Source: Zygnema circumcarinatum SAG 698-1b
Taxonomy: Eukaryota; Plantae; Zygnematophyceae
Reading direction: 5' to 3'
Length of the DNA: 64,000 nucleotides
Assembly (NCBI GenBank): GCA_037447605.1
Contig: CM074819.1
Span: 372,001-436,000 of the forward strand
Under the pieces are notes generated by a model. It had not been told where the DNA came from, searched no databases, and saw only the letters and a program-made list of their open reading frames with translations. Shown here one piece after another: positions 57,021-64,000 of this stretch. A program made the translations under genes and the position numbers. Every line of letters starts with the position of its first letter. Positions within the stretch are counted from its first letter, which is position 1.

Positions 57021-57153
57021 GTTTGCAACTCGGCCCAAAGTTTGTAACTCGGCCCAAAGTTTGCAACTCGGCCCAAAGTTTGTAACTCGGCCCAAAGTTT
57101 GCAACTCGGCCCAAAGTTTGTAACTCGGCCCAAAGTTTGTAACTCGGCCCAAA
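57021..57153. repeat. 7 x 19-bp minisatellite GTTTG(C/T)AACTCGGCCCAAA
   Basis: Units at 57021, 57040, 57059, 57078, 57097, 57116, 57135; variable base runs C,T,C,T,C,T,T. Confidence 0.95.
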
Positions 57154-57639
57154 GTTTGTGACTTCGCTGACGCCAACCATTGAACAGCAACGGTTGGCAC
57201 GCAGGACCATCCACACCCAAAAAAAACGTTCTTGTTTGAAGGCATTTATTTTTTTGGGCTTGAAGGGGAGATCCCTCACAGGACAAATCATGGCTATCCC
57301 GAGTGCCACTTCCCGAGGAACATCGCTCTCCCTCCACCTCTCTCTCTCTCCCCCACATCTCTCTCTCTCTCCCTCTCCTCTCCCTCCTTCCATCATGCCT
57401 AACCCTAACCTGAAGCCTTCACATTTCTGACCTTTAAAGTTAATAAAATACGCAAGATACCAACTTATTCCAGGCTTCAGCCTTCTTCTTAAGGTTTCCA
57501 AAAAGACATCAATATAAGTCCTATTTAATCTCCACCCCCTTTCCCCCTCTTCGCCTCTCCCTCTCCCTCTCCCTCTCCCTCTCCCTCTTCCTCCTCATCT
57601 CCCTCCCTCCCCTGGCAGGGCGGGTTTAGGGTTTAGGGT

Positions 57640-60316
57640 TCAGCGCATGAACATGAGGAAGGCGGGGTTGTTGCGCTCGTCCTTGTGCTCGTACCCGAGC
57701 GCGGCCGCGCAGAGGGCGAACTCCGCCTCCTCTTCGGGCAGCACTTGCAGCCCCGCCAAGATGTTGGCGCCCATCTCGCCCTGATGGTGGGAGAGGGAGG
57801 GAGGAGAGGGAGAGGGAGAGGGAGAGGGAGAGGGAGAGGAATAAGCAGAAAAGAAAGAGATACAAACGAGAGAGGAGAGATGGACAAGTAAGTAGCAATC
57901 GATTGGGATTGACAAAGAGGGGAGGAGGGAGAGCGAGGGAGTAAGAGAGAGAGGAAGGGAGGGTGGAGGGAGGGAGNNNNNNNNNNGAGGGAGGGAGGGA
58001 GGGAGGGAGGGAGGGAGAGAGGGAGGGAGGGATGGAGAAGAGAGGGAATGGGAGTGAGAGAGGGAGAGGGAGAGGAAGAGGGAGAGGGAAACTGATAGAG
58101 AGGAGGACAGGGAAAGAGAAACGGAGAGAGAGAGAGAGAGCACACCTGTCGGCGGTAGTGGAAGAGAGTGATATTCCACCGGGGGCTCAACATGTCCAAA
58201 AATTTCATTAGCGCTCCGGGCCGCTCCGGAAAAACAAAGCGATAAAGAACCTCGTTTGGAACTTTGGTGCGGCCCCCAACCTGCCTCAAATTCAAAAATA
58301 AAAAAAAGGGGAGGCAGAGAGAGAGAGAGAGAGAGGGAGAGAGGGAGGAGGGAAAGGAAGGGGTGCTGCTAAGTTTCCTACATTGAAATAGTCTTCCGAA
58401 GTAAAAGCTGTTGGCAAGGAAGAGAATTGTGTGCAAAAGTGCCAACCTCTCCTCTCTACTTTCCTTCCCTCTCCCCCCCTAAAAACCCTAAAACCCTAGA
58501 AACCCTTAAAACCCTTTTCCTTCTCCTCTCTCCTCTCCCTCCCCTTTCCCCTCCCACCTCCCCATTCTCCACTCTCCGATGCTCCCTCTTTTCATTTCTC
58601 CCTCCCGCCCTCTTCTCGAACTTAAAACTGACATATTCCTCGCATTCAAACACCACAAGTGAACGAACCCCAACACCCAAAAGAACAACTACTACAAAAC
58701 CTTAAAACCCACCCTAGAAATCCTAAATCCTAAATCCTAAACCCTAAAAACCCTAAACCGTAAACCCTAAACCCTAAACCCTAAGCCCTAAAAATCCTAA
58801 ACCCTAAACCCTAAACCCTAAACCCTAAAAACCCTACACCCTAAACCCTAAAACCCTAAAACGTCTTCATCGGCGGCGTACCAAGTGGCGCAGATGGTCC
58901 TTGGCGAGGTCGTTCCCGGTCATGTCGGTCGTGGCCAGTCCCGCCGCGTCCATTCGGCCAATCAGAGCGCGCAGATCCTGCTCTTCGTGGAGCCCCACAC
59001 TGCGTACAAAATAAAAGTAGGGATTGGCCGGATTTAGGGTTCAGAGAAAGTCCTAAAACTCGATTTTTTTTTTTTTTTTCTGATTTCCTGAATTTCCATA
59101 TGTTTTTTTGTATTCTACACGTGTTTGAAACATACGGATCACTAATGGTAACAAACACGTGAACCATCGGGTGACCAACCATTGCACCCAACCATTGAGA
59201 ACCAACCAACCAGCCAACCAACCATTGGCACAGCCCATGTTTCGGGGAATCGAACACCGTCGGGCTTTTTTGCAGTAGCTACCTGTAGAGCACATGCGCC
59301 GCGGACTCGTCGCTGTAGCGATACTTGAACTCCGTTATGTTCATGTTGTCGAGCTGCCCGCACATGTAACAAAAGTCAAGTCAGGCGACGTGATGTGACG
59401 TGACGTGACAAAAGGGACGTGATCGATATGACGTGACGTGACGTGACATCACGTGTCCAATAGTTCGGGTCACCTATTGCCCACATGATGTGATTTGATG
59501 CAAGTCAACGTGACACGACGTGACGCGACGTGACACGACGTGACTTGACGGTAAACTAAATCAAACCAAACCAAACCAAACCACACCGGACCATGTCTGC
59601 ATGAGTGCATGTGCATGATGTGCATGTGCATGATGTGCATGTGCATGTGCATGTGCATCATGTGCATGTGCATCATGTGCATGTGCATCATGTGCATGTG
59701 CATGTGCATGTGCATGTGCATGTGCATGTGCATGTGCATGCATGTGAGCCGACCAGTTGGCAGAAGCGTTTGAAGGAGCGAGACGCTCGGGGCGGTGGCG
59801 AAACACGACCTCCCAGGAAGCCCGTCCCAGCGAGGTCAGTGACCAATGCATGGCTCGAGAGTTCATGTTGGCGCGCTGGCGACCCGCGCTCTGCCCAGCG
59901 AGGGCCCGTGAGTGCTTCGCAGTAGTATGCCAGCGCGCTGAGCCAGCTGGCGCCCATGAGCTCCAGGAGATCACTGCAGGACCTCCTCGAACACGTCCTG
60001 CAGGAGATATAGGAGGAGATAAAGGAGGAGGAGGAGGAGGAGGAGGCTCAACATGAAGCAAACTTAGACTCAACTAGAGGGCAGGTTTACAGATTCAGAG
60101 ATTCAGATCGGATCAATAGTGGTGGTCGATGACATCGCCCCCTTCTTCTTCTTCTTCTTCTTCTTCTTCTTCTTCTTCTTCTTCTTCTTCTTCTTCTTCT
60201 TCTTCTTCTTCTTCTTCTTCTTCTTCTTCTTCTTCCTTCTTTTCGACCCAAATTCCACCCCAACTGCGGGTGTTTCAGCCAGTCGCTGCGGCTTCCTCTC
60301 TCTCTGTCTCTCTCTG

Positions 60317-60348
<32 letters not shown>

Positions 60349-60385
60349 CCCCTCTCTCTCCCTCCCTCTCTCCCCCTCTCTCTCT

Positions 60386-60416
<31 letters not shown>

Positions 60417-60491
60417 CCCTCTCTCTCCCTCCCTCTCTCCCCTTCTCTCCCTCTCTCTCTCTCACTCTCTCTCTCTCTCTCTCTGCCTCTC

Positions 60492-60546
<55 letters not shown>

Positions 60547-63500
60547 CTCTCACCTTAATGGCTGCGCAAATTGCATCGCGGTTCACGAGCACGATGCCGT
60601 CCACGAGGTCTTTTGAGAGGCGGAAGGTTTCCTCTCCCACCACCTTGACCGCCACTCCGTCTGCAAACCCCCCCGCGTGCTCCAATTGGACCCTCCTCCC
60701 GTGGTGGAGGGAGAGGGCCATCGCGTTCGCATCCGCCGGCTCGACTCCGATCACGCGGACCTGTTCACACCGTGTGAATCAGCTCAAGGGTTTTCTGGGT
60801 TGGGTTGTGGGTAGACGATCATCAGCTTCTGATATTTCTAATTGAGGATATTATTCTTAGTGAAAAGGCTATACAATCTTTTTTCAGTGATTTGGATTTG
60901 AAATGGGCAACCCAAGCTTACTAAGAGTAAAAAGGATTCATAGGGGCGAATAGAGGTTCATAGGGCTCTGTATAGGCGTTGACAGGGGTGGTGGATAATA
61001 AGGCTTTATAGGGGAAAAAAAAGGGAGTTAATAGGGTTATGTAGCCGCATAATGCTCAGTAGTGTTTACTTCGGCTACAAAGGGCTTAATGGTGGTGTGT
61101 TAAAAACTTGACAGAGTGTGGTAGCACATAATAAGGATCAATAAAGGTCAACATAGTTCAGAAAGAGTTCTTCCTCCTGTTGTTCGTTATGATAGGAGGG
61201 AATGAAAAACTCACTTCCGGTCTTAAAGTCTTTATATATGCGGCTATTCCAGCGATGAGTCCGCCGCCTCCAACTGGAACAAAAACTGCATGGAGCGGGC
61301 CGGGATGCTGCCGGAGAATTTCCATTCCTACAGTTCCTTGTCCGGCGATTATGTCAGGATGGTCGAATGGAGGTATAAAAATAAGCCCCTCATCCAGAGC
61401 TCGTTGTTTGGCATAAGCCTGCAGGATCATGAAAACGGTAAATCATCAGTTATCGGGAAAATATTGAACATAGGAAGACCGGAATACTTCCACTTCGAAA
61501 CCCTAGAGAAGGCCACAAACCTGAAAGTCGGAACGCAGAATCTTGAACCCTAAACCTTAAATCCATGACCTAAACCCTCGACCCCTCACCCTAACCGCTA
61601 AACCCCCAAATCTAAATTGTCAACCCATTTACCCCTCACTCATCACTTTTCCTCACCCCTCACCCTCAAACCCATCAACCCATCAGTCATCACCCAGCCT
61701 CACTCCGCGCCCCCCTCCTCCCTTTCTTCACCCCTAAACCCTAACCCTAGCCCTAAACCCTAACTCTTAGACCCTGACCACTAGCCCTTCACCCCAAAGC
61801 CTCACCCCTGAACCCTAAACCCTAAACCCTAACCCTAAACCCTAACCCGAAACCCCGCCCCCTACGCCCTAACCCCTAAACCCCGCCCCCTACGCCCTAA
61901 CCCCTAAACCCCTCACCCCTAAACCCTAACCCTAAACCCTAACCCTAAACCCCAGTCCTAAACTCCAACCCCTACGCCCTAACCCCCTAAACCCCTCACC
62001 CCTAAACCCTAACCCTAACCCTCACCCCCAGCCCTAACCCCTAGTACCAGCCTGGGCCTGGGCCTGGGCCTGACCTGCGCCTCGTCGTAGGCGTCCCCGA
62101 CGAGCACGACCTCGGCCCCGAGGCGCTCCACTTGGCGCCACTTTATGGCGGGCGTGGTCCGCGGCATCGCCACCGCCGCGCGGCAGCCGAGGCGCGCCGC
62201 GGCGAGGGCCACGCCCTGCGCGTGGTTCCCCGCGGAGGAGCACACCACGCCGCGGGCCAACTGCGCGGGGGAGAGCCGGGCCATCATGTTGTACGCGCCG
62301 CGCAGCTTGAAGGAGAACACCTGGGGGGAAGGGGGGGGGGAGGGNNNNNNNNNNGGGAGGGGATGGGGGAGGGGGGAAGGGAGGGCGGGGGGAAGGGAGG
62401 TGAGGGAGGGAGGGAGGGGGTGGGGAAGGTGGGAAGGGAGGGGGGGGAGGGAGGTGAGGGAGGGAGGGAGGGGGCGGGGGAGCGGGGAAGGGAGGGGGGG
62501 TAGGGTGAGGGTAGGGTAGGGAGGAGGGAGGGGGAGAGGGAGGGAGAGAAGGGGATGAGGATGCGAAAGGGATGAAAGTAAAGGGGGAGAGGAGGAAAGG
62601 GGAGAATGAGAGAGAGAAAGAAAGAGCGGGACGGGAACGGAAGGATGAGGATAAGGGAAAGGAGGAAGGAGAAGGGGGAGAAGGAGAGAGAAATGGAGCG
62701 ATGGGAGAGAAAGGGAGGGAGGGGCAGACGAGGAGGGGGAGGGTGGGGAGGAAGGGGTTTCGTGCACAGTAATTGACAGGGTACAAAAATTACCACGTGG
62801 AGATTGTAAAACCATTCAAAAACTAAACTTTGAGTTGGAGTTTTTCGCTTTTGGGCTTTTGCGAGATTAGGGTTCAGGCCTTCTGGTTTCAAGTTAAAAC
62901 CTTGCGGTCTTGAATTGTTGGCTTTCAATTGTTTAGTTTTTAAATTCAGAATAACTATTAAAACTGCGTTTTCTGAAGGATTAAGGTTTAAACATTCCAT
63001 TTCTTAAAACGCAAAAGCATTTCTCCAACCAAAACCCTAAACTTTAAGCCACTTGAATCCAAACACGGAAGCGTAATTCCTTGAACTTTAAACCTAAACC
63101 GTTCAACCGACACCTTCGGAATTCAGACTCGAGGACATTAACCCTAAACCCTAACCCCTGACCCCTAAGCCCTAAATCCTAAACCCCAAACCCCACCTGC
63201 TGCATGTCCTCCCTCTTCAAATAAATATTGTTCCCCATCCGCTCGCTCAGCTTCTCCGCCTTCTCCAGCGGCGACTCCACTGCCACATCATACACCTGCG
63301 AGGTCAAGATCCTCCGCAGGTACTCCACGCAGTCAGCTCCGTTCCCCTCAACGGAGTCCGGAACTGAAACTGCCCCGTTCTCACCCGTTCGATGTCCATA
63401 CCCGCTCCCGTTCGCAGGGTTTCGGTAGGGTTGAGGGACGGCTCCGAGCATGCCCGCCTCATATTGTAACGACTCGGGAGCCACGCGCAGAAGCTCCGGC

Positions 63501-63892
63501 GAGGGTTCAGAGTTTACAGTTTTAGGGTTTAGGGGGGGAGGAAGCGCGCATGGGGAGTCAAGGAGCACTGAACCCTGGCTGGAATGAAGGGCCCGCGGGG
63601 GCGGGGGCGAGGGTTTAGGGTTTAGGGTTCTAGGGGCCGGCGGGCGGGGGGGTCGGGGGATGGAAGAGAGAGCGGTGCCGTTGGAGGAGGAGTCGCAGGC
63701 GGTGACGGAGAGGGAGTGACGGGAGGGGCGGGGGAGGTGGGGAGAAAGAGGGAGAGGGAGAGGGAGAGGGAGGGGGCGGAGGAAGGAAGGAGAGAAGGAT
63801 TGAGGAGGGGGATGGAGAGAGTGAGAGACGGGAGGGAGGGCTTGGCGGAGAGGAGAAGGGCACGCCATCCTGCCGACGGTGGAGGCCGCCAT
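57640..63892 (-). CDS. OMR1: Biosynthetic threonine deaminase (threonine dehydratase), chloroplast; one exon frameshifted as assembled
   Basis: Exons encode a transit peptide plus [138 protein letters not shown]. Confidence 0.95.
58700..58862 (-). repeat. Telomere-like array at the 5' end of a threonine deaminase intron
   Basis: CCCTAAA(A) units on +, so G-rich on the sense strand, starting ~20 nt after the donor. Confidence 0.9.
59380..59745. repeat. Intronic (GTGAC)n and (CATGTG)n microsatellites
   Basis: Tandem units visible; (TTC)n at ~60142-60238 and (CT)n to ~60545 lie in the neighbouring intron. Confidence 0.9.
61540..62042 (-). repeat. Telomere-like array in threonine deaminase intron 2 (another at ~63140-63195 in intron 1)
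   Basis: CCCTAA/CCCTAAA units on +. Confidence 0.88.
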
Positions 63893-63969
63893 AGCTGCTG
63901 TGAGAGGGAGGTATTAAGGAGGCGGGGAACAAGGTAATAAATAATATTAAGCAGCTTATTGCAAAAGCA

Positions 63970-64000
63970 GCTCCCGTAGCTCAGTTGGTTAGAGCGTTGG
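63970..64000 (+). tRNA. tRNA gene, 5' 31 nt only (cut by the window end); probably tRNA-Ile(UAU)
   Basis: GCTCCCG-TA-GCTC-AGTTGGTTA-GAGC-G-TTGG gives the acceptor 5' strand, a D-stem GCTC/GAGC and an A-box. It resembles plant nuclear tRNA-Ile(UAU) from memory; the anticodon is outside the window. Confidence 0.8.

Noticed and set aside
59470-59925. His-rich ORFs (MHMHMH, HVHVHV, AHAHAH) as metal-binding proteins
   Set aside because: They are frames of an intronic (CATGTG)n microsatellite.

Overview
Intron-rich eukaryotic nuclear DNA from a plant-lineage organism. My inference is a streptophyte alga, possibly Zygnematophyceae, based on plant-type genes, an oleosin, a penultimate-Thr H+-ATPase, GC-rich exons and TTTTAGGG telomere-type repeats. 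Left to right: 3' part of BRF1 (+); a ~3.2-kb degenerate (TTTTAGGG)n array starting ~300 bp after the BRF1 stop and ending at a 100-N gap; plastid PGK (-) head-to-head with plastid PNPase (+); a 117-aa coiled-coil gene (+); mitochondrial HSP70 (+); a ~22-copy MSA-like motif array next to an AT-rich patch holding a decayed bacterial (Bacteroidota-like) sufB fragment; deoxynucleoside kinase (+); an oleosin (-) missed by the ORF track, with ABRE/RY clusters upstream; a plasma-membrane H+-ATPase (-); threonine deaminase (-); and the first 31 nt of a tRNA (probably Ile) 77 bp from the threonine deaminase ATG. Introns are full of GA/CT and telomere-like repeats, which explain most listed ORFs. At least three conserved coding segments are lost in 10-N gaps. 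Genes were identified by manual translation and recalled family motifs; no searches were run and exon coordinates may be off by a few bases.
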